From an uncultured Clostridia bacterium (GTDB taxonomy: Bacteria > Bacillota_I > Bacilli_A > RF39 > UBA660): a DNA stretch of 64,000 nt. Position 1 is the first letter of the stretch, and each line of letters starts with the position of its first letter. Shown here piece after piece: positions 19,996-28,236 of this stretch. Location of the stretch: NCBI GenBank assembly GCA_947165365.1, contig CAMVAF010000001.1, positions 17,133-81,132 of the forward strand. Direction: 5' to 3'. Below the pieces are notes generated by a model. The model saw only the letters and a program-made list of their open reading frames with translations, was not told where the DNA came from and searched no databases. The position numbers and the translations under genes were made by a program.

Positions 19996-20121
19996 TATTT
20001 TATTATGAAAATATTTATATAATTTTATAATATTAAATTTTTCAATATTTTTATATTTTTAAAAATTCATAATACCCTTTAACATTTAATTTTAAGATAT
20101 ATCTAGAAAATACAAAAATAT

Positions 20122-20150
20122 ATTTTAAAATGCTAGACTAATTTCTAGCA
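20122..20150 (-). terminator. Hairpin terminator overlapping the preA-like stop codon
   Basis: TGCTAGA-ctaatt-TCTAGCA (20131-20150), flanked by A/T runs on both sides, so possibly bidirectional. Confidence 0.5.
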
Positions 20151-21610
20151 TTTTTTTTTGAAATTCTTTTTTCAATAACACTTATAGCATTATTTGGACA
20201 AACTTGATTACATAAATGACAACCAACACATTTATTTCCGTCTAATTGTGGTTTTCTAGTCTCTAGTTCAAATTTTATGGCATCATGTCCACCATCTTTG
20301 CAAGAAATAAAACATCTTCCACAACCAACACATTTATCGTAATTAAATTTTGGAAACAAAATAGTATCTCTTTCTACCTTAGATGAATCAACAACACATT
20401 TTTTTGAAATACCAACAAAATCACTTACTTTATGAAAATTATTTTCTTTCATAAATATTTTCAACCCTAATATCAAATCATCTATTATCCTATAACCATA
20501 TTCCATAATAGCAGTTGTTAATTGTACATTAGTAGCACCTAATAGTAAAAATTCTATAGCATCTTTATATGTATAAATACCTCCTATTCCACTTATATCC
20601 ATATCATTTAAATGAGAATCTTTTGCCAGTTCCGTTACAAATCTTAATGCTATTGGCTTTACTGCTTTACCAGAATAACCTCCAATAAGAGTTTTACCAT
20701 TTACATCAGGTTCAGGAACTAAAGTATCAAAATTAATATTTGTAATACTTTTTATTGTATTAATTGCCGATATTCCATTAGCTCCACCTTTTTTTGCTGC
20801 TCTTGCTGGAATTCTAATATCAGTAATATTAGGAGTCATTTTAGCAATTATTGGTAAATTAGTTCCTCTTCTAGCAGCCATAGTATATTTTTTTACAACC
20901 AAAGGATCTTGTCCAATATCAGAACCTGTATTTTTTAATTCCATATTAGGACACGAAAAATTTAATTCAATAGCATCACAACCACTTTCAGTAACCATTT
21001 TTGCAATGGATTCCCATTCTTGTTCATTTCTTCCCATAATAGAAGCTATAATAATCCTATTAGGAAATTCTTTTTTTAGTTTTTTTAAACTGTTACAATC
21101 TTCTTCCAGTGTATGACTAGATAATTGTTCAATATTTTTAAAGCCCGCAAAAGAATTATCCCAATTTTTTAAAGTAGAAAATCTTGGCGATGCTTCATGG
21201 ATATCAAAGGGGCACATTGTTTTATAAACAATCCCAGCCCATCCTGCTTTTAAAGCTCTTTTACACATATCATATGTACTTCCAACTACTGAAGAAGAAA
21301 GCAAGAAAGGATTTATTAATTTAAGACCACAAAAAGTAGTTGTAATATCAACATCTAATTTTTTCTTTTTATATGATGTTTTAGCAACATTTTTTAATAT
21401 GTAATCAATATCTACTTTACAAGGACATTTAACACCACAATTATCATTTTTTTCTAAATAACTTTCCTTAATAAATAACTTTGCTCCTTTTAAATTATCA
21501 AATCTTAAAGCACGAATAATTCTTTCAGGATCCACATTTTTATATATTTTTTTACATGGTGCATCATAACAAAGAGCACATTTATGTATTTCTAAATCTA
21601 ATCGTTCCAT
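20138..21610 (-). CDS. preA: Dihydropyrimidine dehydrogenase PreA-like / DHODH-family flavoprotein with 2x[4Fe-4S] ferredoxin C-terminus
   Basis: DHOD-fold segments (LINPFLLSS, GCDAIELNFSCPN, GGYSGKAVKPIALR) are followed by CVGCGRCFISCKDGG and CVGCHLCNQVCP. Confidence 0.75.
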   Translation of the reverse strand: MERLDLEIHKCALCYDAPCKKIYKNVDPERIIRALRFDNLKGAKLFIKESYLEKNDNCGVKCPCKVDIDYILKNVAKTSYKKKKLDVDITTTFCGLKLINPFLLSSSVVGSTYDMCKRALKAGWAGIVYKTMCPFDIHEASPRFSTLKNWDNSFAGFKNIEQLSSHTLEEDCNSLKKLKKEFPNRIIIASIMGRNEQEWESIAKMVTESGCDAIELNFSCPNMELKNTGSDIGQDPLVVKKYTMAARRGTNLPIIAKMTPNITDIRIPARAAKKGGANGISAINTIKSITNINFDTLVPEPDVNGKTLIGGYSGKAVKPIALRFVTELAKDSHLNDMDISGIGGIYTYKDAIEFLLLGATNVQLTTAIMEYGYRIIDDLILGLKIFMKENNFHKVSDFVGISKKCVVDSSKVERDTILFPKFNYDKCVGCGRCFISCKDGGHDAIKFELETRKPQLDGNKCVGCHLCNQVCPNNAISVIEKRISKKNARN

Positions 21611-21847
21611 AATATCACCTAACTACCTTATTATTGTCTACATTATAACATATAATTTTATTTATGAATAGATTTTCAATAAAAGTTATTGGCAATAATT
21701 TAATAATCTTTTACCATTCATAAAAACTTTATACTATCTTAAATAAACAAATCCATACATATAAATAACCATTAAATAATATAGTTTTCTTTAATGTTTT
21801 ATATATATATTTTTTTAATTAACAACACAATTGCTAAAAAAAATTAG

Positions 21848-21895
21848 ATAAACAAAAATGAGAGATATCATTAATAAATATCTCTCTTCAGGGGG
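21848..21895. repeat. Hairpin core repeat, copy 1 (ATAAACAAAAATGAGAGATATCattaataaATATCTCTCTTCAGGGGG)
   Basis: This is one of three near-identical direct copies; the others are at 26618-26664 and 29285-29330. Read on the minus strand it is CCCCCUGAA, a 9-bp stem hairpin, then AUUUU(U)GUUU, which is a Rho-independent terminator shape. Confidence 0.9.
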
Positions 21896-21995
21896 TACCG
21901 TCCATGGCGTTTATTGACCCAACGCGGGATGTTAATGCATTTTAATACCTCATTTTTTTTCATTTCAAATCACTTTGCATCACTGAGGATTTTAG

Positions 21996-22067
21996 AAAAT
22001 TCGTATGTAAAATCGTATGTACTTGTAAATTCTTACAGCTTTATTTTTGTATGTAAATTCGTATGTA
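21996..22067. repeat. Four direct copies of (AAAW)TCGTATGTA
   Basis: TCGTATGTA at 22001-22009, 22013-22021 and 22059-22067, and TTGTATGTA at 22047-22055. Confidence 0.85.
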
Positions 22068-22075
22068 TTTTTGCA

Positions 22076-22101
22076 TAGAAAAAGACCACATTGATGTGAT
22101 C
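22076..22101 (-). terminator. Terminator of the MTase-MTase-DUF262/HNH-HEPN operon
   Basis: Minus strand: GAUCACA-UCAA-UGUGGUC followed by UUUUUCU. It overlaps the TAG stop at 22101-22103. Confidence 0.6.
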
Positions 22102-22973
22102 TAGTTATCTATAATTGACATTAAGAAATCTACTAATGTTACTCCAGAATTATAATACAAAATTGCATGACTTTTTTCTAATGTTTCTCTTTTGTCACCT
22201 ACACCATGAGAATCACTATTTGCATTTCGCATTTCAGCAATTGAATCAATTATTGTTTCTAATCCTGAAAGAATTTTCTTAATTCTAACATCCATTGCTT
22301 TTTCTATATGCATATTATAATTGCTTTTAAACTCACTATACTCTGATTTAATATCACCACTGAAATTTTTATTAATGTTTTTTCTTTTTAATCCTTCTAT
22401 TAATACTTCTTCAACCATCGTTCTAATTTTGGTAATCGTACTATCATAGTCACCAACTTCAATATCATGCCATGCTTTTTTATACATCTTATATGCATAA
22501 TTCTTATTTAGTTTTTCTATATTTGAGCTGCTCACTTTGACTGTTTCGTCATTAATTGAAGTTAAAGAAAAAATATTACCATCATATTCTAGAGATACAT
22601 TTTCAAACATTAAATATCCGTTTATTTGCATAATAAATGATGTTTTCGTTTCATTATGTTTATATATCACATCATCAGAATCTAAACCTTTCAAATCTCT
22701 TTTAAAATGTTTTAAATCCAGTAGTAAATTAAAAAATTCATTTATCTTATCTTTTTCAATACAATATTCTAAAACCCTTGTCATAAGTTCTTTACGGCTA
22801 TTTGAGTCACTATAATCAAGATTTATGCCTAATTGCCTACCAAACTCACATATTTCTTTACCAGTCATGTATGGCATCCTAAGGGGCATAAATCCAAGAT
22901 ATGGTCTTAATTCTATATCACCAATCATACAAGCTATAATGTCTTTATCAAGTAATTTGTACCAATTTTGCAT
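22101..22973 (-). CDS. HEPN-domain protein of the Abi_C (AbiJ-like abortive infection) type
   Basis: The C-terminus has IAEMRNANSDSHGVG, an R-x6-H HEPN motif as in Abi_C proteins. The start lies 2 nt after the stop of the upstream nuclease gene. Confidence 0.6.
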   Translation of the reverse strand: MQNWYKLLDKDIIACMIGDIELRPYLGFMPLRMPYMTGKEICEFGRQLGINLDYSDSNSRKELMTRVLEYCIEKDKINEFFNLLLDLKHFKRDLKGLDSDDVIYKHNETKTSFIMQINGYLMFENVSLEYDGNIFSLTSINDETVKVSSSNIEKLNKNYAYKMYKKAWHDIEVGDYDSTITKIRTMVEEVLIEGLKRKNINKNFSGDIKSEYSEFKSNYNMHIEKAMDVRIKKILSGLETIIDSIAEMRNANSDSHGVGDKRETLEKSHAILYYNSGVTLVDFLMSIIDN

Positions 22974-22975
22974 AA

Positions 22976-24073
22976 TTATATTCCTGATTTTCTTCTATTA
23001 CACTCTCTACATAACATCTGGCAATTTTCAGAACTTGTTTTACCTCCTGCATGCCATGGAGTTATATGATCAGCTTCCATCTCCTCTATTTCAAAATGCT
23101 TACCACACATAGAACATATTCCATTTTGTCTCTCATATGCCTCTCTTTTTTGATTATCTGTAAATGCTCTAATATTCAAATGTTTCTCTTGACCAGTAAT
23201 CAAATATAAATATATACCTTTTTTACTTGTTACATCATCGTCAGACATTAACTCTACTACTCTTTTTTCAAGTTCATCAGTATTATATTTTTGGTCTTTA
23301 TATTTATTATATAAAATACCCCAATCAATACCTTTCATTTCTCGGCGATAATTTGGAAATAATCTATTGACCCAATCAATAACAGATTGAAAATAAACCC
23401 ACAATTCATTTGCATCTTCATCTTCTTGGTGAGCAGCCATATATTCCTTGATTATAGGAACACCATCACGATCAATAATCCATTTCAATGCAGTTTCTAA
23501 ATATTCTTGTCTAATAGTAACACCTGTTATATATTTTTCTGCAATTTGATATGCTGGGCAACCTGTCTTGCTAAAATGCCTTTTTGCATCGTACAACCAT
23601 TTACCAACAAATTGAGAATTTAATAATTCTTGATTAGTTAATTTTTCCCCAGCGATATTTATGATATTAAACCAATCTAGTTTTTCGGAAGGTGTTCCCT
23701 CACAAATATAAATCATAAGTTTGTAATCAAGTATTTTATCTTGTAAATCTTTTGGAAGATTTCCAAAAAATTTATAATCAACAGAAAAATCTCCATTAAC
23801 ATATTGACAAATACTTAAAGTCCTTTGCTGACCATCAAGCAACTCATACATATCTCTATCTTTGTTTTTACTCCAATACATAACATTTAATGGAAAATTT
23901 TTATTAATTGTATCAATTACTGCCTTTCTTTTTTCATCATCATAAATAAACTCTCTTTGAAATGGTGGTCTAATATCAAGCTTACCATCATAACCAACAA
24001 CACCATTTTCTTGGTCATTTTTATAATTTTTTACAACTTCTCTTACAGGGATTTCATGTAATACTATTTTCAT
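22976..24073 (-). CDS. DUF262 (ParB-like/GmrS-type) + HNH endonuclease fusion
   Basis: The N-terminus has PPFQREFIYDDEKRKAVIDTI...ELLDGQQRTLSI (DUF262 DGQQR motif). The C-terminus has CSMCGKHFEIEEMEADHITPWHAGGKTSSENCQMLCRECNRRK (HNH with a CxxC...CxxC zinc site). Its ATG overlaps the TGA of the upstream MTase (ATGA at 24070-24073). Confidence 0.85.
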   Translation of the reverse strand: MKIVLHEIPVREVVKNYKNDQENGVVGYDGKLDIRPPFQREFIYDDEKRKAVIDTINKNFPLNVMYWSKNKDRDMYELLDGQQRTLSICQYVNGDFSVDYKFFGNLPKDLQDKILDYKLMIYICEGTPSEKLDWFNIINIAGEKLTNQELLNSQFVGKWLYDAKRHFSKTGCPAYQIAEKYITGVTIRQEYLETALKWIIDRDGVPIIKEYMAAHQEDEDANELWVYFQSVIDWVNRLFPNYRREMKGIDWGILYNKYKDQKYNTDELEKRVVELMSDDDVTSKKGIYLYLITGQEKHLNIRAFTDNQKREAYERQNGICSMCGKHFEIEEMEADHITPWHAGGKTSSENCQMLCRECNRRKSGI

Positions 24074-25206
24074 TTTTCTACCTCCACCAATTTCACAAAT
24101 ATTCTATGATATCCTATATTCACATATCCATCTTTATCAATAAAACATGGTTTTGATTTTTGCAAGTTTCCTTTAGTTCTAACTTTACCTGAATTATATA
24201 TATCCATGAATTTTTTTGAAAAAGGATAACTTTCTATTCCAAATATTTCTATTGCTGAACTGCAACCTAATATATCAAACTGTTCAGGGGTATACTTATC
24301 CATAAATGTTATTGGAACACCCATTACTCCATCATAATCTTTTGGGATATCGTTTGTTTTATCAACATTTATAGCATCATAATTGTCATATTTTGGATAT
24401 AAATCCGCATTATATCTTTTGGATAAAATTAATTTATCATGTCTTTCTTTATAATCCAAATTTGTCCACCATCTTATGCCTTTAACACGAATATACTTTT
24501 TCCCATCATCATCAATTCTAAAACCTGCTGCCTTTAATGGGTATGTATCTGGAACTCTAAATTCTCTATCACCAGAATGAATTGAAGCACCCATCCATAC
24601 CATATTGTTTTTTAGCAAAGGAAAAAAATCTTTATATGTTATTGCATTTTGATTTCCAATTATGAGAAATTTCTTATTATATTTATTAAGTAAAGAAACG
24701 AATTCTCTAAACAAACTAAATGGCGGATTTGTTACAACTATGTCGCTTTCTTTCAATAATTCAACACATTCATCACTTCTACAATCTCCATCTCCTTTTA
24801 GTAAAGATAATGTATTTTTATTATTTTTTAGCAAAAATTCAACATCACTTAAATCAACAGCACCATCATTATTTGAATCTGGTATTTCTGATATAACAAT
24901 CTTATATGCCTTTTTATTCGTTTTTGGAATTGAATAATTCAAATCAAACAAAGATAATTGTTCTCCCATTATAGGTGAATTATCATAACATGTGCATATA
25001 AGTTTTTTTAATTTCAAAGTGTTAAAATTTAATGCAAAATATTTGAAGAAATTACTTTCAAAGGGATCATCACAATTACATAAAACAATTTTATCTTTAA
25101 AATACTCTTTATAGTATCTTAATTCATTCTCAATATCTGTTAATTGTGTATAGAATTCATCATCTTTATTTGATTTTGCTTTAGTTAATTCTCTCTTTTT
25201 AGACAT
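24070..25206 (-). CDS. N6-adenine DNA methyltransferase, EcoRI-methylase family (M2)
   Basis: KDDEFYTQLTDIENELRYYKEYFKDKIVLCNCDDPFESNFFKYF and VVTNPPFSLFREF (NPPF motif IV) resemble M.EcoRI as I recall it. The ORF-track start is 25212. ATG 25206 has better spacing to the GAGGTAG RBS. Confidence 0.85.
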   Translation of the reverse strand: MSKKRELTKAKSNKDDEFYTQLTDIENELRYYKEYFKDKIVLCNCDDPFESNFFKYFALNFNTLKLKKLICTCYDNSPIMGEQLSLFDLNYSIPKTNKKAYKIVISEIPDSNNDGAVDLSDVEFLLKNNKNTLSLLKGDGDCRSDECVELLKESDIVVTNPPFSLFREFVSLLNKYNKKFLIIGNQNAITYKDFFPLLKNNMVWMGASIHSGDREFRVPDTYPLKAAGFRIDDDGKKYIRVKGIRWWTNLDYKERHDKLILSKRYNADLYPKYDNYDAINVDKTNDIPKDYDGVMGVPITFMDKYTPEQFDILGCSSAIEIFGIESYPFSKKFMDIYNSGKVRTKGNLQKSKPCFIDKDGYVNIGYHRIFVKLVEVEK

Positions 25207-26350
25207 TTTCATCTACCTCATTTCTTTTCCTTATTATAATAACTCTTTTATACGGAATTGATGCTATTCCTTTACTTGAAATACAACAAGTTAATCTATT
25301 TCCAATTCTAATACTTCCAGTATTACCTTGTTTATAATACAAATCAACGAATTCTTTAGTCATTCCTTTCCATCCATCTGGCAATATATTAGCTTCAGCA
25401 CTACCTACAATTTTAAATTGATTAGGATTATATTTATCTAAAAAAGTAATTGGAACAGCAATGTAATCAAAGTAATTATCTGGTATATCATTATATGTCT
25501 CAACATTAATACCTTTGCAATTTTGAAGTTTTGGATATTTCTCTTCACTATATTCTTTATATAAAATTAAATAATCATTATGTTTTTCAACTGGCAAAGA
25601 AGTAAGCCAACAAGAAGAGGCAACTCTTACAAATTTTTTACCATTTTCAATCCTATGAAATTTTGGAGTATTATCTGGAACAGAGAAATACATTCCTACA
25701 TTAAAATTTGTATATCCTGTTCTTATTTTATCTTCCATGAACATTTTAAATACATCTTTATATGTAAGTGCATTAATATTACTGATTAACACAAAATCCT
25801 TATTGTATTGATTAATGAGTGATATAAATTCTCTAAATAGACTAAATGGTGGATTTGTTACAACAATATCCGATTCTTTTAAGAGTTCAACACATTCATC
25901 ACTTCTAAAATCACCATTTCCTTTTAATAAAGACAAACTATTATTTTCGTTCTCCTCAATAATAGATTTAATATCGATCAAATCAATTGCACCATCTTTA
26001 TTAAAATCATGTACACTACATATTTCAATTTTGTATGGTTTCTTTGAATCTTCTTTTTTTAAAACCAATCCTTTAACATCAAACAAAGATAATTGTTCAG
26101 TAATAATTGGTGAACCAGCATAGCAAGTACATATCATTTTTTTTAATCCAAGTGCATTAAAATTTAATGCAAAATACTTAAAAAAGTTGCTCTCATATGG
26201 GTCATCACAATTGCAAAATACTACTTTATTTTTAAAACAATTTTTATAATTACAAAGTTCTTTTTCAATATCTTCTAATCTTGTATAAAATTCATCCTTT
26301 TTAGTTTTTTTTGCTTCTGTGAGCATTTTATTAGTATTGTTATTTGCCAT
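25199..26350 (-). CDS. N6-adenine DNA methyltransferase, EcoRI-methylase family (M1), paralog of M2
   Basis: KKDEFYTRLEDIEKELCNYKNCFKNKVVFCNCDDPYESNFFKYF and VVTNPPFSLFREF. The ORF-track start is 26380. ATG 26350 (MANNNTNKM) follows a TAGGAGTAG RBS. Confidence 0.85.
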   Translation of the reverse strand: MANNNTNKMLTEAKKTKKDEFYTRLEDIEKELCNYKNCFKNKVVFCNCDDPYESNFFKYFALNFNALGLKKMICTCYAGSPIITEQLSLFDVKGLVLKKEDSKKPYKIEICSVHDFNKDGAIDLIDIKSIIEENENNSLSLLKGNGDFRSDECVELLKESDIVVTNPPFSLFREFISLINQYNKDFVLISNINALTYKDVFKMFMEDKIRTGYTNFNVGMYFSVPDNTPKFHRIENGKKFVRVASSCWLTSLPVEKHNDYLILYKEYSEEKYPKLQNCKGINVETYNDIPDNYFDYIAVPITFLDKYNPNQFKIVGSAEANILPDGWKGMTKEFVDLYYKQGNTGSIRIGNRLTCCISSKGIASIPYKRVIIIRKRNEVDENV

Positions 26351-26515
26351 TTTTATCACTACTCCTAAAAGAATTTTCAATTTCTGATAATATTATAACA
26401 TATTTTTTCAATTTCTTTGACTTCTATTTATATTTTTTGTTCTTATCGCACTGAAGAGTGCAAGAAATGTATTTTTTCTTTATTTTTCATTGGTTTTAGA
26501 AAGTCAAAATAAAAT

Positions 26516-26561
26516 TACATACGATTTACATACGAAAAAAATCGTATAAAATTCGTATGTA
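26516..26561. repeat. TCGTATGTA motif cluster in palindromic arrangement
   Basis: TACATACGA (reverse orientation) at 26516-26524 and 26527-26535, TCGTATA at 26542-26548 and TCGTATGTA at 26553-26561. Confidence 0.85.
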
Positions 26562-26572
26562 AACGCACTTTT

Positions 26573-26601
26573 TACAAACTTCAAATCTTCGCAAACCCTT
26601 G
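26573..26601. repeat. Conserved module right-end segment (TACAAA..CAAATCTTCGcAAACCcTTG), copy 1
   Basis: It matches 29237-29267 (TACAAA....GCAAATCTTCGgAAACCgTTG). Both lie 16-18 nt to the left of a hairpin core copy. Confidence 0.75.
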
Positions 26602-26617
26602 ATTTTATTGACTTTTA

Positions 26618-26664
26618 ATAAACAAAATGAGAGATATCGTTTATAAATATCTCTCTTCAGGGGG
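26618..26664. repeat. Hairpin core repeat, copy 2
   Basis: ATAAACAAAATGAGAGATATCgtttataaATATCTCTCTTCAGGGGG. Confidence 0.9.
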
Positions 26665-26769
26665 CGCTTTATTTATGTACACTAAATATTTAAAGTCCAA
26701 TAAAATCAACATTTTTCAAACAATATAATTTATAAAAGTTTAACAATATTTATACAATTTTACAAAAGT

Positions 26770-26789
26770 TGTGACCTAACTGTGACCTA
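26770..26789. repeat. Two direct copies of TGTGACCTA
   Basis: 26770-26778 and 26781-26789. A third copy is at 29218-29226. Confidence 0.8.
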
Positions 26790-26797
26790 GAAATATA

Positions 26798-28039
26798 TCA
26801 CAGTATTTTTTTAATATTATCTACTTTAATTACACCAGTGTTATTATTAATATAATTAATTATAGCTACATTACTGCAATTGTTTTTTAAATATAACTCG
26901 TAAACATCTAATAATGATTTAGTATCAATTATTAAAGTGTCTCTTTTTCTTGCCATTTCATCTTGCATTATATGTATTTCATTTCTTTCGTTAATATCTC
27001 TTGTTCTTTCATAGTTTATAATTAATAGTTTTCTAATTTCTTCTGTACTTCCCTCTTCTTGTAATTTATCTAAATATTTTGCATAATGTTCATCTAGCTG
27101 AGAAATAAATTCATTTTTTACATTACTAGTAACACCTTTTATTTCTCCAATATAAGTTATTTCATCTTTTTTAAAATTAAAATCTTCTTTTTTTTCATCA
27201 ATAAACTCTTTTAATGAAATATCAAAAATATCTTCAAGAATCTCGAATACGACCTTTACCAGTTCATCTGAATTTGTATATAAAATACTTTTATAATGTA
27301 AATTATTATCTAGTTTAATATTAGCCTTATCTATTTTTTCTTTTTCCTTTTTTATTTGTTCCTTTGATTTCTCCACATTTTTCATTTGCTCTTCGTCATC
27401 ATAAAACATATATTTTCTTACCCAATCAGGAACTTCATTTTTGTCTTTAATAATACCAATTAATCGCAAATATTCAAATAGTAACACATAACTATCATTT
27501 TTTATCAACTCTAAACTCGTAATTAATATTCTTTGTTTTTTTAAAGTTGTAATAGTTTCGCTAGTACTATGTGTTATTTCTTCGTAAGTACCATCATTTT
27601 TAAAGCCAAATGCAGAATTGCCAAACGTATCATTAATTTTTGTTTCATTATTTTCGTAAAATATTTTAATGCTTTGAATTGGAAGTAATACTTTTAATAT
27701 ATCTATAAATACGGGTAAATAGTTTTTTAGTTGATAATATTTGGTATTTTTATAGGTTGTACATGTAAACTCAATATTTTGTGGGAGACAAACCAAAATA
27801 TCGGCTTTTTTACTATTTTCAATCATTTCCCTAATACTACAAAAATCATTAATTAATGTTATATTCTTATTTGGATTATCAAAATTGGTATTTTTTAATA
27901 AATTTTCATATGACAAATCTATTATAACCAATTTATAGTTATCAAACGAATTCGGTGTATTATATGTAGTAATGTCAACATAATCTTTGTATATTTCTAG
28001 TTTCTTATACGAACTAGTAATTATTTGTATCGTATTCAT
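26798..28039 (-). CDS. Uncharacterised 413-aa protein: unknown N-domain, coiled coil, possible C-terminal PD-(D/E)xK nuclease fold
   Basis: This is a long clean ORF. A K/E-rich coiled coil spans about residues 212-245. EDFNFKKDEITYIGEIKG (D286 ... E299-x-K301) followed by Q314 fits the D...ExK...Q pattern of restriction-endonuclease-like folds. I cannot assign a family. Confidence 0.5.
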   Translation of the reverse strand: MNTIQIITSSYKKLEIYKDYVDITTYNTPNSFDNYKLVIIDLSYENLLKNTNFDNPNKNITLINDFCSIREMIENSKKADILVCLPQNIEFTCTTYKNTKYYQLKNYLPVFIDILKVLLPIQSIKIFYENNETKINDTFGNSAFGFKNDGTYEEITHSTSETITTLKKQRILITSLELIKNDSYVLLFEYLRLIGIIKDKNEVPDWVRKYMFYDDEEQMKNVEKSKEQIKKEKEKIDKANIKLDNNLHYKSILYTNSDELVKVVFEILEDIFDISLKEFIDEKKEDFNFKKDEITYIGEIKGVTSNVKNEFISQLDEHYAKYLDKLQEEGSTEEIRKLLIINYERTRDINERNEIHIMQDEMARKRDTLIIDTKSLLDVYELYLKNNCSNVAIINYINNNTGVIKVDNIKKIL

Positions 28040-28128
28040 TTAAATTTCACCTCTTAATTCAATAAAGATTACTATTAAAATTTGAATATTTTAATAAAAA
28101 TTTATATATACTATTAAAGACAGAGTTA

Positions 28129-28157
28129 TTGACAAATTCTAAAATATTTGTTATATT
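28129..28157 (+). promoter_or_regulatory. Sigma-A-type promoter of the plus-strand small RNA candidate
   Basis: TTGACA (28129-28134), a 17-nt spacer, then TATATT (28152-28157). Confidence 0.5.
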
Positions 28158-28163
28158 AACTAA

Positions 28164-28236
28164 TGTCAAAGCAATTAAGTTTGCTTGGGGTTCGTGGTAT
28201 CGCGGACGGTAAAAACTGGTTTATCCAGTTTTTATT
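28164..28236 (+). ncRNA. Candidate ~70-nt small RNA between the 413-aa gene and the DUF3800 gene
   Basis: A consensus promoter lies upstream. Hairpin AAGCAA-uuaagu-UUGCUU is followed by the GC-rich hairpin GUUCG-uggguaucg-like loop-CGGAC within GGGGUUCGUGGUAUCGCGGACGGUA. Terminator AAAACUGG-uuuau-CCAGUUUUU then overlaps the DUF3800 stop codon. Confidence 0.4.

Noticed and set aside
26449-26463. The hairpin GCACTGAAGAGTGC shares the 8-mer CTGAAGAG with the core repeat in inverted orientation.
   Set aside because: An 8-mer of this composition is expected about once by chance in a window of this size on two strands. There is no extended similarity.
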